Source: the human T2T-CHM13v2.0 reference genome, Homo sapiens. From it: a DNA stretch of 64,000 nucleotides. Positions 1 through 17,517 of the stretch are shown here, piece after piece. Within the stretch, counting starts at the first letter, position 1. Every line of letters begins with the position of its first letter. Below the pieces are notes generated by a model that was not told where the DNA came from, searched no databases, and saw nothing but the letters and a program-made list of their open reading frames with translations. The DNA is taken from assembly GCF_009914755.1 (NCBI RefSeq), contig NC_060928.1; one strand, written 5' to 3'. Made by a program: the position numbers and the translations under genes.

Positions 1-1372
1 CCCTAGCCCTTATCAAAAGTTCCTGTGTCTTGTGAGAGCAGAAACAATCACATCAGACACATATATTGAGAAAATGTAATGAAGAGCAATGAAACTTAAT
101 TGAAGTGCTTTTGGCCATTAGGGTCAGGCCTTCAGTGGATTAGAGGCACATACTATTAGGCACTGCTCTTGCTATTTCCATTTAATGTCAGTTTAATGTA
201 GGTGCACGCACTGGTCTTCTGCTCCAATTAAATTAGTCAAAGTTATATTTTGAAATGTTCCAATACAGAGTTAACCTTGGGGAAATATACTAATAATATT
301 AGAAGATGATATATTTTAAGAAATATTTTACTAAAAGAAATAATTGCATTATATTAACAATCTGTTATTTCACTGGAATAAATTATATTGGCTTTCAACA
401 TGTCTACATTTAAATATTTCATCTGCCTTATTCATCCTGAAGTTACACACACACACACTCAACAAGTATCACCTGTTTGCACCTGTATAATGAAGGTTAG
501 ATCTTTTCTTCTTTTCTTCAAATATTTTTTTCTGTTCTTTGACCTGAAATAAGATTTATTCTCTTGTGAATTTATCTAGTCATTCCAGTTGTAGCAGTTG
601 CCTATTTGAATAGATAGCTTGAGGTCAGAACTTCACACCAGGAGAGCCTCAGAGGACAATGTTTTCTTTCACTGTGTCTCTCCACTGGGACATGACTGTC
701 ACCCTCATAAGTAATAAATAAACAAATACCAGATATTGCTAAAATTGTGAATTGAGATATGTAAATAATCAAGTAGAGATTAAATAGCAGAACAAATGTG
801 ATGCATATAAATAAATATGTTATTGATTTTCTTCCAAATATAAAATTGACAAAAGTTATAAAATTAATAGGTGAAATAAAAAGTGGTGAATTATTGGCCT
901 TCTTTCTAATATGTGATTGTAGAAAATCACATAGATATTTAATAATTCCTATTGTTTTCAAATAACTCTGGACATTTATTAACACTCTTATGTTTAAGAC
1001 TCCCCACACACTCACATATAGAGCAATAGTGCTTTGCTATAAACTCTGAAAAGTTTGAGGTAACTTATGAAGAGCAAATTTCATGAGTTACCAAAAACAA
1101 TGAAATAAGATGAAGGAATTGATGTTATTCTTCAGATGCCTTAGACTTTACCCTTGCTGTTCATTTTTATCAAAATCCAGATGTCAAAAACTTTAGTACT
1201 TTGCAAGAGAAACTCATAGTTGAAGATGATCTTGACAGACTGTAACATGTGCATAATATGACTTGTTTATGGTTTAAAAGAATAAATATATAGACTTACT
1301 AATACAGGCTAATTGATATGACAAAACACATGAGAAAGCAAAGTCCCTGTGATTTAGAATTAATGAAAATAC

Positions 1373-1812
1373 TATTGATGGATAGTTAGGTTGATTCCCT
1401 GTCTTTGGTATTATAAATAGTGCTGCAATGAACATGCAGGTGCATGTGTTCTAAAATAGAATAATTTATATTCTACTGGGTATATACCCAGTAACGGGAT
1501 TGCTGGGTTGAATGCTATTTCTGTCTTTAGGTGTGTGAGGAATTGCCACACTCTATTGTGAGAGCTAAATGATGAGAGCACATGGATACATAGAGGGGAA
1601 CAACATGCACTGGGGCGGTTCGGAAGGTGGAGGTGGGAGGATGGAGAGGATCAGGAAAAATAACTAATGGGTACTAGGCTTGATAACTGGGTGATTAAAT
1701 AATCTGTACAACAAAATCATATGAGACAAATTTTCCTACATAACAAACCTGCACTTGTACCCTCAACTTAAAGTAAAAGTTAAAATAAATAAGAATAAAA
1801 TACAAAAAACAA
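1373..1812 (+). mobile_element. 5'-truncated, 5'-inverted L1PA (about L1PA13-15) 3' end
   Basis: 1373-1553 is antisense L1 ORF2 C-terminal sequence (ttgatggatagttaggttgattcc...ggaattgccacac). About 1557-1800 is sense 3'UTR (gagctaaatgatgagagcacatgga...aacaaacctgcacttgtaccctcaacttaaa) followed by an A-rich tail. TSD taatgaaaata(c/a)tattga at 1361-1378 and 1813-1830. Confidence 0.9.
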
Positions 1813-2049
1813 TAATGAAAATAATATTGAGACTCCCTAGGAGCTCTAGTTACAGATACAGCACATACAACTCTGTATGTAATTTAAACAAAATAAGAAT
1901 ACAATCACAAAATTCACCACTTGACAAGGACTATTAGGTATAAAAAGACAAATATTAATTTTAATTAAGAACTAAATTTCTAGAAAGATACATTTATTAT
2001 AGTTTAATATTTTATTTTCAAAGAAAGAATTATTATACTGAATGATAAA

Positions 2050-3246
2050 CCTAAAGACACTGGAAATATTCACCCAAAAAGAAAATGTATAAAGGAGATA
2101 GTACAGATAATATTAGGCAACAATGAAATTTGAAAAATAGCATAACATAGGGAAAACAATAAATGCAGTTTGTTCTTTGAAAAAAAATAAGAGAGAAAAA
2201 TCTCTGGCCAGACTGACAAGAAAAAAACAGGCTCACATAAAAATAATATTAGTAATGATAAAGCAAAGATAACTGCATTTAAAAATGAGAGTACTGTATT
2301 ATAGTAATAACTTGAGGATTTTGATGAAATACCAGAATTCTTAGAAAAAATAGAACTTGCATCTGAATCACAAAACATCTGAATACCCCTATAAAATTGA
2401 AATAATTAAAATATTTCTTATGAAACTACAAGAAAAACACCAGGCCCAGTGATTGCCAACATAAAGGTCTATAAGGCATTCCTAGAGTATAACATTCTAA
2501 TGATATCCAAATATTTTAAAGTAATATACAAAGGAATATCTTCTATCTCATTCAGTGAAGCCATATCACCTACGTACCAAAAGATGACAGGAATATTATC
2601 AGATAGGTATAGTGAATTTCTTCATCAACAAAGCTCCCAATATTTTCCATAAACTGTTAATGTCCAACTCTAGCAGTATATTAAATGGTAATTCAACATG
2701 AAAAGTTGATTTATCCTGGGAACTGGCAACGGGAGGTGAACAAGCAAAATATATTAAAAAAACTATTCAGTACATTAACGGAGTGAAGACAATAAAGAGA
2801 ATACAAGATAGATGGATTCAGAATAAGTATTCTTCAAGTCTGACATGTCTTCATAATATAAAAACCATCTTAAAAAACTAGAAAACAAAGATAATTTCTT
2901 TGTCATGCTAAGGATTACCTGCAAATATCTTATTGCATATCATCAATCAATGAGGAAATGTTGGGAAAATTCTTTTAAAATAAGGAATAACACAGGGATC
3001 TCTGCAATCAAAGCTTACCTTTCACATTGTCCTGATAATTCTAATAAGCACACTAAAACATACAAAATAAATTAATTCTATAAAGATTGAAAAAAGTAAT
3101 AAAAACACATTATTTCCCAAGATATCATGATGGGCTGTCATAGAGAAGTCCCCCCCCAAAAAAATTTGCAGGTGCATTATTAGGAAAAATTGACAAGGTA
3201 TATAGCTATAAAATTCATAAAAAGAAAATAAATTGTGCTTCTATAC
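2050..3246 (+). mobile_element. Ancient, highly decayed L1M ORF2 fragment
   Basis: A-rich sequence with degenerate L1 ORF2 landmarks in the expected order: gtttgttctttgaaaaaaaataa, ctggccagactgacaagaaaaaa, acaccaggcccagtga (PGPDG region), gatttatcctgggaactggca, aaattgtgcttctatac. Confidence 0.7.
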
Positions 3247-4066
3247 ATGTACTTTCCATCTGTTTCTCAACAGCCAATGTTGTGTGTAGCATATAAAAAT
3301 TACCTTGTCTATCAAAGATAACTTTTGCCATCTTTATAAGTCTTGCTGTTATATGTCATTGGCCTAACGAACTATATTTTTTTAGATTTTACTAATTGCA
3401 TCTCACAAAGGGTATTTTGTTTACTTATTTTTAATGATTCCACTTTAAAATTTCATGTGTATTGTAAAAGAATAATGGAAGAGCAGAAGTAAATTTTTGT
3501 TATGTTTAGAAACATAAAACATCTTATTAATCATGCTTTAGAAATAACCTATTTATTATTAATGTGTTTATTTTGATTTTATCCCAAATCCTTTCATCCT
3601 TCTTTTGGCTTGACAAGGATTTAGCCTTGTCATTTACAGTTGGGACAGTTTAGTTTTGAGGATATGCACATTTCACACAAGTCTGAGCTGAAGGAAAATA
3701 TCCTCAAGCACTTCTGAGAATAAATATTTTGCATGGTAGATAAATGCATTGTCCAATGGTGTTCATACTCTCTAGTCAGTTTTCAGATACATACGTGTGA
3801 TAGGAAGTTACACATAAAGCAACAAGCTATCTCAGAGGGTTAACACATCATTACAATGGGCATTCTACAACACACAATATATGAACGTAACCCTGAGATG
3901 AGCAAAAAATATAAAGAGTCCATGGCTCAGTAGTTTCTGGGGCATACTGCAGCCTTTACTGAGTAAGGTGTACAGTTCCTACCTGCAGTACTTTGGGAAC
4001 ATATAGATATGCATGCTATCTTTGGCTGTAGGATGATAGTACTTAGCATAAATTAAGATAATATTA

Positions 4067-4458
<392 letters not shown>

Positions 4459-5128
4459 AAGATATGAGGCACAGTTCTGAGACATACTGGTATTGTGCAT
4501 TTTATTCACAAGAAGGAATGAATGCAAGTCAAATTCATTTAAAAGAATAGATTCATCACTTCAGCCACATCATTTTCTAGGTTCAACTGAACCTAGAAAT
4601 AAAAGTAGAAGAGTTATTAGGATTTTTTACTCAGTTGGAATTAGATAATCAGAAATGAATTAGTATCGAATGTAAAAAGTTGAGACCAAATATAAATTGC
4701 TTCAGTCATTATCTAAACTAGGGAAAATACATATTTTATAAGACCTACTGGTGAGGTTTGTGTTACTCAGGCTATGGAAAGAAAGGGAATAGAGAGGCCA
4801 GACTAATGACATAGGTTCTTTTCATATTATTTTAAAAACAATCCCATTTGATATTAGTTTATAGATAGCTATCAGCTCCATCCACTAAAGATGTTTGTAA
4901 GAAATAAAAGTAAAATAATAATATCATGAACTCAGAAAAAATAGAGCAGAAGTAGATACATCCTTATCATACAACCATTGAATATTAAATGTACTTCTTT
5001 TAAAACTTCCTATATGGAATGATTTTTGATATTGTACCTATTTCCTATTAGTCTACACTATTAGCTTTTTACATAAAGGGGCTGTTAGAAAACAATTAAG
5101 CGTAGAAACAAAGATCAATTTATAATAA

Positions 5129-5319
<191 letters not shown>

Positions 5320-5396
5320 TGAATAGAAGAGAGGGGCTGCTGTTTTAAATGCCATAAATCAGTTTGGGGATTTTATAATGTCTGTGGGAAATGAAT

Positions 5397-6654
<1,258 letters not shown>

Positions 6655-7663
6655 TAAAGTACTAACATGTAGAAAAAATTATTTCAAGTCCTCTTATATT
6701 TGAAATGAGTAACAGTGTTTATAAACTGTCACTATTTACTATATTTTTATGTTTTTTTGTGTTCACAAATAATTAAAATTCAAGAGCTTGACATTCATAA
6801 AAATATAAATATTTACCATTTAGACCAGTCAATCTCTGTAATAAAACTAGTCAACCAGAGTTCATATTTATTTCTATTGAATGGAAACTAAAAACAGCAA
6901 TAGAAATAGAAAAATATATCCTTTTTGATAAAGAGCTTAAAACTTTAATCTCATCAAGAAAATTTCTTAAACTGATTAGTGAAATAAGGTTTTCTGTTCA
7001 GTAATAAATTCTCCTTTCAACTCATAGAAGAAAGTTAAATAATTCACCTGAATAAAGAAAGCACTTCTAAGTTCAAAAAGTGTGCTTCATAATAGCTTTC
7101 TTTAACTAAAGCGTTGTTCCTTCTAAAAGGGAGAAATATCTGTGATGCATTTTTCTTTCTCAGAGACTTATACTACATTTTTATTGACAAGAGCATACCG
7201 ATTTTTCTAAGTATATTTTTTCATTTACCCAAAGGGAATGAATCTATTGTTCTACATTATTCATATTATCAATAACATGTAAATACCATGTTATTTTATT
7301 AATCAAGTATGCTTACCTGTGATTCATCTGTTTATTCATTAATTTCATTAAATTACCTATAATTTCCTTGTTGTTAGAGACCTACTTTTTTACTTATGTT
7401 TTTTTCTTGTACTGATTTCAATTTGAGAAGATATAAATATGAAGTTGATTGTTTTAAATATATAAATAGGAAATGTATACATACATAGGTAGATATAAAT
7501 ATGGGGGATGGCAAATCATCCTCCCATATAAACCATGCTATTGTAGTGTGTGTCTTGACTTCCTGTATTGTTGAAAAAATATCTCAAATGACATTTAATT
7601 ATTACTTTCTACACTTTTTTAAACATATTATTTTGTCATTTTTTGATCTTTTAAAAATATTTT

Positions 7664-8157
<494 letters not shown>

Positions 8158-8744
8158 TTAACCAGATTTATTTTTTTCATGCTCAACAACTCCACATTCA
8201 TTCATCCTATAAACCATTTATGCAAAAATATATAATATATATTGAATGCAGCTCTATACATTTTCCTAATTAGTGCATGTTTAATTTATCAGGTTTGAAT
8301 ACAAAGCCTCATGACTTTAATTTTTAAGTAAGTTAAACATGGTTTTTATATTTCCATTAACTTCAACATACAATGATACTATATTTAAAAGTTTATTGAA
8401 TTTTGTAACAAAATCAATGAGTAATTCACATTTACTTAATTACTTTCTTCAGAAGCAGTAAACTCTTCATTAACTAAGGGGTTATGGTTTATGTAAAACA
8501 CTATAGATTCATTTCAATTTTTATAAAATGTTAAATAGGTACACATAAAACTTTTACAGAATTTGAGCCACAGTCAATATTTGCTTCACCTAACTTTGTA
8601 ATTCAGCTCTATGCTAGATAAATTATCTTGCTCAATAATACTCGAGATAAACTGCCATTACTAAAATCTGTTGAGAACCTACTGGCTTTAAGTATCTAAT
8701 TCTTTACCTGTTGGGTCTATCTGAAAAAGCAATGTTCATATTGA

Positions 8745-9220
8745 GTTGAAAACATATTTATCAGACTCCTGATATGTACCTGGAATTATCTACCCTTGAC
8801 ACTGAAGAAAAGTTGCTGAATAAAAAAGACAAATTCTTGTCATATTAGAGACTAGATTTCGAGCAGGGAGAGAAACAAATACACATACACACTCATACAA
8901 ATATGGCTCAAAAATACAGCAGCATTCATTCTAATAATGATAAGCACAATAATGCGATAGAGGGAGTGTAACAATAGGTGTTCTATATTCATGTGAGCAA
9001 AGGAAGATCTCAGATATGATGGCATTTGAACTAACACCTAAAGGATGAGAAGGAGTCAGGCATAGAAGGAAGGAAAGAAAGAGGAATATGGCAGAAAGAA
9101 AAATTAAGTGCACAAGTTCTAAAGCAGAAACGAGTATGATGTATTTGAGAAACTGAAAGAAGACCAGAGTGGCTGGATCATGATGAGAGATAAGAGTTGA
9201 ATTCAAAGAATTTGGAGAAT
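8745..9220 (-). mobile_element. L2 3' fragment
   Basis: Typical antisense L2 3' text: catatttatcagactcctgatatgtacctgg...gaataaaaaagacaaattcttgtc...ggcatttgaactaacacctaaaggatgagaaggagtcagg...gaagaccagagtggctgga. Confidence 0.75.
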
Positions 9221-9339
9221 ACAAGCTACAATCAAACTAATCCATGTGTAAATACAATGTTAGAGACCAGCTTTTACAAATACATAGAAACATAAAGAAG
9301 TATGTTTCTCAGTAGAAACAAGGTCTCTTGTGTAGGATA

Positions 9340-9748
9340 AAGTTAAATGACTTGAACAGGCTAACATTACTAACAAATATACCCCTCAATGTGTAATGTT
9401 TCTAGACTATAAACTTATTCTCAATCAAGTATCCAGATCAAGGAATGTACAGGTTGGAGGAAGTGCTCAGTTCTATGTAGTAATTCAATAGCAAAATGTC
9501 AGTGACAATACAACTTCAATATGTCTCCTGGAAGAATTTCCTAGTCATCAACGTTCATGTGGCAGAGGGAAAGAGCATAGAAGACCATGGGTGGAAAGTT
9601 GTTTTATGTGTCTAAAAGCTCATAGGTTACATTCATTTGCCTCTACTTGAATATAACTCAGTTGCATGGCCGCTCTCAACTGGAAGGAAGGCTGGGAAAT
9701 ACAATCTAGGGAGAAGTACAAATGATGTTTTAATAGACCCTGCCACCG
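9340..9748 (-). mobile_element. Old MaLR solo LTR (MLT1J/K/L-like)
   Basis: Motifs taacaaatatacccctcaa, ggcagagggaaagagcatag and aactcagttgcatggccgctctcaactggaaggaaggctgggaaatacaatcta, ending in ctgccac. Confidence 0.65.
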
Positions 9749-11050
9749 TGCGGCAGTTCTAAATTTGAGATCATGTCATTCCTGTATTTATTAAAGGGAC
9801 TTTGCTTCCTTATTGTTTGGGCAGTAGGCAGGACCTGTAATCTACTTCAGTAAATTATATGTAAGTTGTTTTTAGCTGATACTTATAGTTTATGATAGCT
9901 AATAAAACAACAGTATTTTAAGTAGTTCTTGTCTGACAGCTACATGAATACTATATATTTAGTGATTTAAGACAAAAAAAGAATTACAAGCCTGGTATAG
10001 AGAATGATTATTTTGTTCATACAGTATAACAAACAATATGTATCTCGAAATTTGAGTTAGCAAGAAGAAATATTCATACACTAAAATGCCTTCCCTGGAA
10101 TTTTGATGAAAATCAGACTAACTGTGCATGTACAAAAGAAATATGTACTTAAAGCTTGACCTCTTCATGATCTTCAGCAACTACTTTGAACCACCTATGG
10201 TCTAAATTAAAGCGACCATCAACTCTAGAGAAATTTCTAATTATATTTGTGCATTGTCTGAATTTTAATGCATCTGAATGCACCTTCCATCAGCATTTCA
10301 GAGTCAGTGCTCTAGCCTGTCATCTGAGAAGACACTTTTCTATGTTGTTCGTCAGTCCCCATAAATATATTGATTTGGAGAAATTATCTGTGTTAAATGC
10401 TTTAGATGATATTTAATATAGCCACTCCTCTATGTGATTTTTTTGTCTGTCCTTGAAAGCCAAACCACACAGACATAAGCTCACTGAGCTTTACTTTAGC
10501 ATTCAGCACTTGGTTGTTGTCTAAAGAAGTTAAACTATCCAGCCATTTGAAATCTGTGATTTCATTATCTGCATGAAGAATGCAGAAAAAAGTATCACTC
10601 TGTGCTCTTAAGACAGAGCCTCAGGTGAAGATTTAAGTTCATATTGCTTTTAGAAGAGGTATGCAAGGCACAATTCACATCCCCTAAGGAATCAATGTTC
10701 TTTCTCTTTCTGATGATGATAATCCCATAAGTGACCACATGGTACTGTTTCCTCTTGCTTGCTTTTAAAAAAATAAGCAAATAATTAGAAACTAATTTAT
10801 GGCCTATGAATTTGTGGTCTTCGTTTTCTTTGTTATATTTATCTCATACTTTTTTGAGACTAATGCTTTTTTTATTTCTATTATAACTTCCTTTGGCATT
10901 CTTACTATTATTTGTCTCAATGCTTTCTTAAAAAGATTAAGAGCTGCACAAATAAAAATGTTACAAACTCTAAGTTTTTCTGAGGCAATTGTTGAAGGTG
11001 GGAGTTCAACAGAATTGCTCAGGGCTCTCATCACTCCACATGTCTATCGG

Positions 11051-11403
11051 TACTATAGCCTGATTTTATGTTCCTCCAAAATGTATATGTCGAAACTCCA
11101 ACCCCCAATGTGATGATGTTAGGAGATAGGGCCTTTGGGAGTTGACTAGAGGCCAAGAAAGTGAAGCCTTCATGAATGGGATTAACTCTATATAAAGGGA
11201 TGTAGAGATCAGAGTTCTGCCCTTCTGCCACGTGAGGACACAGTCAAAAGATGGCCATCTATGAACCAGAAAGAGGGCAATACTGAATTTGCCAGTGCCT
11301 TGATCTTGGACTTCCCAGACTCCAGAACTGTGAGAAATATGTATCTGTTGTTTATAAATGACCCAGTTTATCTTATTTTGTTATAGCAACCTGAACTAAC
11401 ACA
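11051..11403 (+). mobile_element. MaLR solo LTR (MLT1A/MLT1A0-like)
   Basis: tactatagcctgattttatgttcctccaaaatgtatatgtcgaaac...gccacgtgaggacacag...gccttgatcttggacttcccagactccagaactgtgagaaata...tattttgttatagcaacctgaactaacaca. Confidence 0.88.
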
Positions 11404-13424
11404 GTGGACAACAACACTTACTTGGATGGATACTTTATTATTGTTTCTATTCAAACTTATTTGAGGATTTACATGGCAAGTTGTATCTCCATATTGCTCT
11501 GCTCTATATGTATTAAAAGAACGCAAAACCATTTCCCGGAGTGGATGAGAGAGCTGTCTCTAATCATAATTTTACTGTTTCATGTCTGTGATGTCCTACC
11601 TTGTACTAATGTGCAAATACACATATATGACTGTTGTCCTTGGGTTTAAGCAAATCTAAAGATTTTTCAAACAAAAGAAAGAATAGACAAATTAAGAAAG
11701 TCTAGAAAGAACTTTCAATTGTAGAGCCAAAAAGGAGAACCAAAATTGTTTGAAGTAGGTTTCTTTCAGCATTAATGAAATGCAGACTCTTCTGAATTTC
11801 TCTTTCTTAAATCATGTCTCCTGTCAAACTCTTAGAGCCACTGAAGTCCTGAAAAAATTCTGGAACTACTGAGCACTCAGTATCTCAAATACCTGCTAAG
11901 AAAGCACAGGCTGGGTATTTATGCATCAGGAAGCTTGAAAAGGGGGCAAATGTAACAATATCCATATAGTGATTTACATTTTACAAGTTGTTTTTACATA
12001 GAATATCTCATTTGATTCAGGGAAAAAAGAAAACAATAAAAATGAATGAATGAACAAAGAAACATTATGAGATGAAGAAAGAAAAGCAGAATTAGTCTTT
12101 GGATTTTATATTAATAGTTGTGGAATTTGAATGTCAGAGAGGTTAAATAACTCCTCAGGATTCCATGGTTGAACAACACTATACTAGATCAGTCTATAGA
12201 TAGATCGCCTCATTCAAGACCTGTGTATAGTTTTGTAATTAAGCTAATTACTTTTCCAGTTCCCCATGTCTGAACACACATGAAAGATTAAATCTAGCTA
12301 GACTTACCCTGATAATTTTAGTAAATAATAGTGTCAGAATTGCATTGCAGTTTTAATTTTAGGTCACATTAAAGAAGTCATTTTCTTAAAAGTCCCTATA
12401 TTTTTACTGGAAGATTATAAACATTAATGTTTGGAAGAGTATAGTGCAAAGTTAACTTTCATCTTGGTTTTCAAAGTTGTATTATCTACTATTAGTATCT
12501 ACTACTAGTATCTATGTTCCAGGTCTCTTTGCTTGATTTTATCTGTTTGCTTTTCTAGACCAGAAAACAAGAATTTTCATTTTAATATTAAGACAAACTT
12601 TTAAGTAATATGTCAAAAGAGAAAATACTCTGGTCTAATGTGCAAAAATAGTACTCTGCAGCAAATTGCTTTATTTTCATTTTTCATTACATAAAATAGG
12701 AAAAGTAGATTATGTGCTTGAGAAGGAAAGAAGACATTGGAATACTAATATTTGAATGAATAATTTCATCTTGAGGAATATTGCTAGGAAAAATATTAAT
12801 AAATATTAATTTTCCAATTTTCCTAAAGATTTGTGTGCACGTAATTGTCAATTTGTGAATTACTTATAAATAGCTATAATTTCAAATATTCACTGATATA
12901 ATTGTGTCTGGCTGCAGTAAACTTGCATATAGTACTCTGTGTATCCCTCATTCATCATGAAGCATGTCAAATGCAATGAACACTAGAGCATAGCTGGCTT
13001 GTGGAAACTTCTTTCCCTTTCTATGCTTCACTGCTTTCTGTCTTGACCCAAGAAAGAATACCAGCATTTTAACATCACAATTAAACTATCAAACAATACA
13101 AGTTATATCACTAATCAAGTTGAGGGAGAAAAAAGAAACTTGTTATTTTGCTTTATAATCAAAACTGATATTTTTTAGGAAATTTATGAACCACTTTAGC
13201 AATATTCATTAAATTCCATAAAATAATTATTATGAAGTGTAGGAGGCCCCGATTTTAAGTAATATAAAAAGTTTGTATTTCTCAGCAAAACACTTTCACT
13301 AAGAGCAAGATCTAAGAATTAAAGATGAATAAGATATAGTTTTAAATTACATTCACTATACAACACTTAAGATGTCTACATCAGGTGAGAAACATTTGAA
13401 TTTTCCCTTTTATGACATAAATGC

Positions 13425-14130
13425 TGTTGGGTAAATATAATTAAAAATAAAATTTACTCCCACCCTAGAAAACCTCTCTGCAAATGTAGAAGTAAAAGAA
13501 AACAACTTTTATAACTGAATAGGTATCAAAACAGAATGTGATGTTCATCACAGACAATCTGCTAAGGGAATGCAAAGACAGGAATAAATACTATTATTTT
13601 GCATAGTGAAGCAGATCTAATCCATTACATATGTGTTCTCAAGATAAACAATAACTAGTGCTCAAATAAGAGGCCCCGACAGCACCATTTAACACACAAA
13701 GGTCATTCTATAATCAACTGGTCATTGAAATGGCCATCTGTGTTTGTTAATAGGCTAATCCAAAATTAATAAATAAATCAACTTTTCACATCCTTCTCAT
13801 GAGAGAATTTTACATCTTGGAGTGAAGCACCCACTGAGTTAGGCTCCTTCCTTCACAAAAAACTGGGATATAGAGGCATTATCTTTCTTGATGACTACAT
13901 TTCAAAGAGAAGATTCCCAAGACCTGGAGAAAGATATTCTTGGGTTTTAAACCTGACAGGAAGCTTATTTAACTTTTAAAAAGATTTCCATACATTTCAA
14001 AAAGACAAAAAAAAAAAACTTAAAACTATAAGTAATATAAAATAAATGCTATAGGAAAGGGGGGAGTCTCTTCTCTTATTTTAAATATAAATAATTAAGC
14101 CTCTTATTTTTTTATTTGTTAGGTTTTATA
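13425..14130 (-). mobile_element. ERV1-class solo LTR (MER4-group-like; exact family uncertain)
   Basis: About 700 bp whose minus strand ends ...tatatttacccaaca and begins aaaaataagaggcttaatt...agagactcccccctttcctatagcattta, resembling MER4-group LTRs. Confidence 0.6.
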
Positions 14131-15194
14131 TTCCACATAGATTATGTATCTGTAGAGTGATTAAGTTTTCAATACATTCTACTAAATCATGCCATATGAT
14201 AAAAAGCTAATTTTTAGGCCACTTTTCTCATAGGCAAATTTTTTTTGGAAATACATTATCTAATGTTACTAATAAGTACTATTCGTTATTAGTAACTACT
14301 AGCAACTTTAATAACTATTCAAAACTCAGTGACGGTGGGGGAAAGAGGTGTCATGCAGCATATCAGTGGATGTTGCTTTCAGTAGGCAAATGGAAGCATC
14401 ATAATGAATCTGCCCTTTTATTATTAAATAACATGCTTTCCTCTGAGACCCTTTAGGCTATTATGCTATTTAAATGATCTGATTTCCTCATCATCTTCTT
14501 GGACAACTTGCAGTCTGTTTACGTATGTATATATGCATAAGCATTCAGTAATTACTAATGAAGTTCAGTATCTTTTCATTCATTTCCCAGAAAGGAGGAG
14601 GGGAGATTTACATTGAGCTGGACTTATCAAGCCCGAACATGATAGACATTCATACTATTTTTGAAGAGAATAGTTGTTTGCTTTAAATTTATAATTCAGT
14701 TACTTTCCAAAAGTTAAGCCTGCAGTGATGTAAGTTTACTATCATAATTAAATTGAATTCACTATGTGCTAAAAATTTTGGATTTTAATGAAAACTTCAG
14801 GAAGGTTATGATTCAGGACTTCAGCTTTAAAGGATATATTAGTTAAGTTTAAAGATTGAATGACATCTTCATCTATATGTGTTGTGTGTGTGTGTGAAAT
14901 TAATGTCTGTGTATATACATATATAGGTAAAATTACCTATCTATAGGTTAAAAATTATATATATATGGCTAGTCTCTTATCCGTAGGTTATCAATGTCTC
15001 TTTAAAACTCACAGTTTATTCAATACAGAAGTTTATCACTTTACAAAAGAGACAATGTATTTGAGGCATTACTTTTTATGATTGTTGCTACGTCCTTCAA
15101 ACTTTGAAACAGTAACTACTGTTGATTAAATTTCCTGATTTCTAATTTTAGATTACACATAGCGTTGAGATAAAAATCAGATAATTTGTAGCCC

Positions 15195-15350
15195 CATTGC
15201 CTAGAGTCCTAGTTCCAATAATTATTAGCTGTATGACCTTGCGCAAGTTAAGCTCTATGTCTCGGCTTCCTCATCTCTAAAATGAGTATAACAATCATAG
15301 TTTCCTCATAGGTAGTTGCAAGAGTTCAGTAAGTTACTACACATAAGAAG
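15195..15350 (+). mobile_element. MIR
   Basis: Core sequence tattagctgtatgaccttgcgcaagttaagctctatgtctcggcttcctcatctctaaaatgagtataacaat...cctcataggtagttgcaagagtt. Confidence 0.85.
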
Positions 15351-15672
15351 GGAAAGTGTAACTACTAAAGGGATTGTGGGGCATGATCCTAACCTCTATG
15401 TCTAAAGTTCTTTTCTCTCCTTTAAAAAAATAAAAATTAAAAATTAAAAAAGGCCAATCTTTGGTAATTGGTAATCACATGTTCTTTAATTCTAATTGGC
15501 TATGAATTAGAATTCTATTTTCTTCATCTCAAAGACAATACAAAACAAATATTTTTATTGCATATCATGGGTGAAAGTATCTCATAAATTGCAGATATAT
15601 TGACGGCATATGACAACAATAACAAGATTGCACTAAGATATCAAAATGTAATTTCCTGTATTCTTGACTTAA

Positions 15673-16039
<367 letters not shown>

Positions 16040-17517
16040 TTATTTATATGAATTCTTACTCATGCTCCCAATATTTAGGGGAGATAGAAGAGCCCATTCA
16101 CCCCTTCCAGCCTGTCTTATACACCAACCAAGACTGCCTTTCATGAAGTGCGACAGAACTCACTGGTCTAGTAGAGTCTAAACCAGTGTTTTGGCCACCA
16201 TCCAGTGCAATAGATCACAAAAGCGTATTCCTCCAGTCTAAATGAAACAATATACCTTTGACTAATATATCTTACTTTCCCATTCATATATGCAATTATT
16301 GTCAATTAAAATTAATTATTAATTATTAACACAATAAAAGTAAAATACACAAAAAAGTGTGATTTGTATAAAGTGAAATAATTACTTATTATTTATCAGT
16401 GTAGTCTCTTTTTGGTACTTACAGCTACCAAAAATGGCCGTTGCTTTTATAGTTATTTTAAGAGTACTATCAGTAAGATAAAAGAATCTTATTAATTAGA
16501 ATAACAAAATGCGTAAGGTCAAGCAATCAGAGACACCATGTTTTGTTGGAATGCAGCAAAGCAGAGGGAGTGCACCATAAACTAAGAAATCAGAATTCTA
16601 AAGCTAGGATTTTACCAGGATTTGTTTTGTTATGTTAAACAAATGAAGCAAACTCCATCAATTCACTGACATTTGTTTTAAACAACAAACAGTTCCTGCT
16701 GCTTCTTAGATCTCAGCAAAAACTATTTTTAATGTAGTGTATCAGATCCCCAAAACAATTCTTAAAAATATATTTTTTAAAGGAAAAATACTGCAGATAG
16801 GCTCCGACTCACAGATTGCTGTGTTTGGTATTATTTTTCTGTACTACATCTAGTATTTACCTGGATCTCTGTTCAGAGTCCTGAGTATCTATTAAGTCAG
16901 CAAACTATGACCTTCCTCCTGCTCTCTTGTTTTTCTTGCCCGTTTGTATACCTATTTATGACTTTTATTCTAGTCCTCTCTCCTGTTTCAACCTAACACT
17001 AAAAACCATTAAAGCCCTCTGTTTTTAGGGGATACACTCTGTAATCCTCATTTCCTATTTTTTTTATCACAACCCAATCCAATTAAATACAAGTCTCCCA
17101 TGATGTATTCTGTCCACTTTGGAAATGTTGTGACTATGCCTCCCTCACTAGAACAAGTCTCTATTAGCTTAGGGGCTTTGGGCATAGCTGAAACCTAAGT
17201 TTGTCACACTCATTAAATATTATAATGTGAACTTCTAATGGGTAACTGCTATTGATTTCTCTATTTCTGCCTCTCTTATACCAGGTTTTCTCTTTCTATT
17301 ATGACCTGCGTCCTTAAAGCCTCACCAGGCTTCACCATAATCTAAGGTTTAATATAAAATTGTCTAACATGAGTTTATTATGAAGATATATAAGACCATT
17401 TTGTTAATATTAAATGGTACATAATAACATTTCATTTGATTTTACATGAAATTTCTTAAAATAATACATTCAAATATGTTACACAAATGAAGAGAAACAT
17501 AAAATCTATAGGATGTT

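Noticed and set aside
602-1015. 137-aa ORF on the minus strand
   Set aside because: Non-ATG start and I/F/L-rich composition typical of AT-rich noncoding DNA; no recognisable domain or splice structure.
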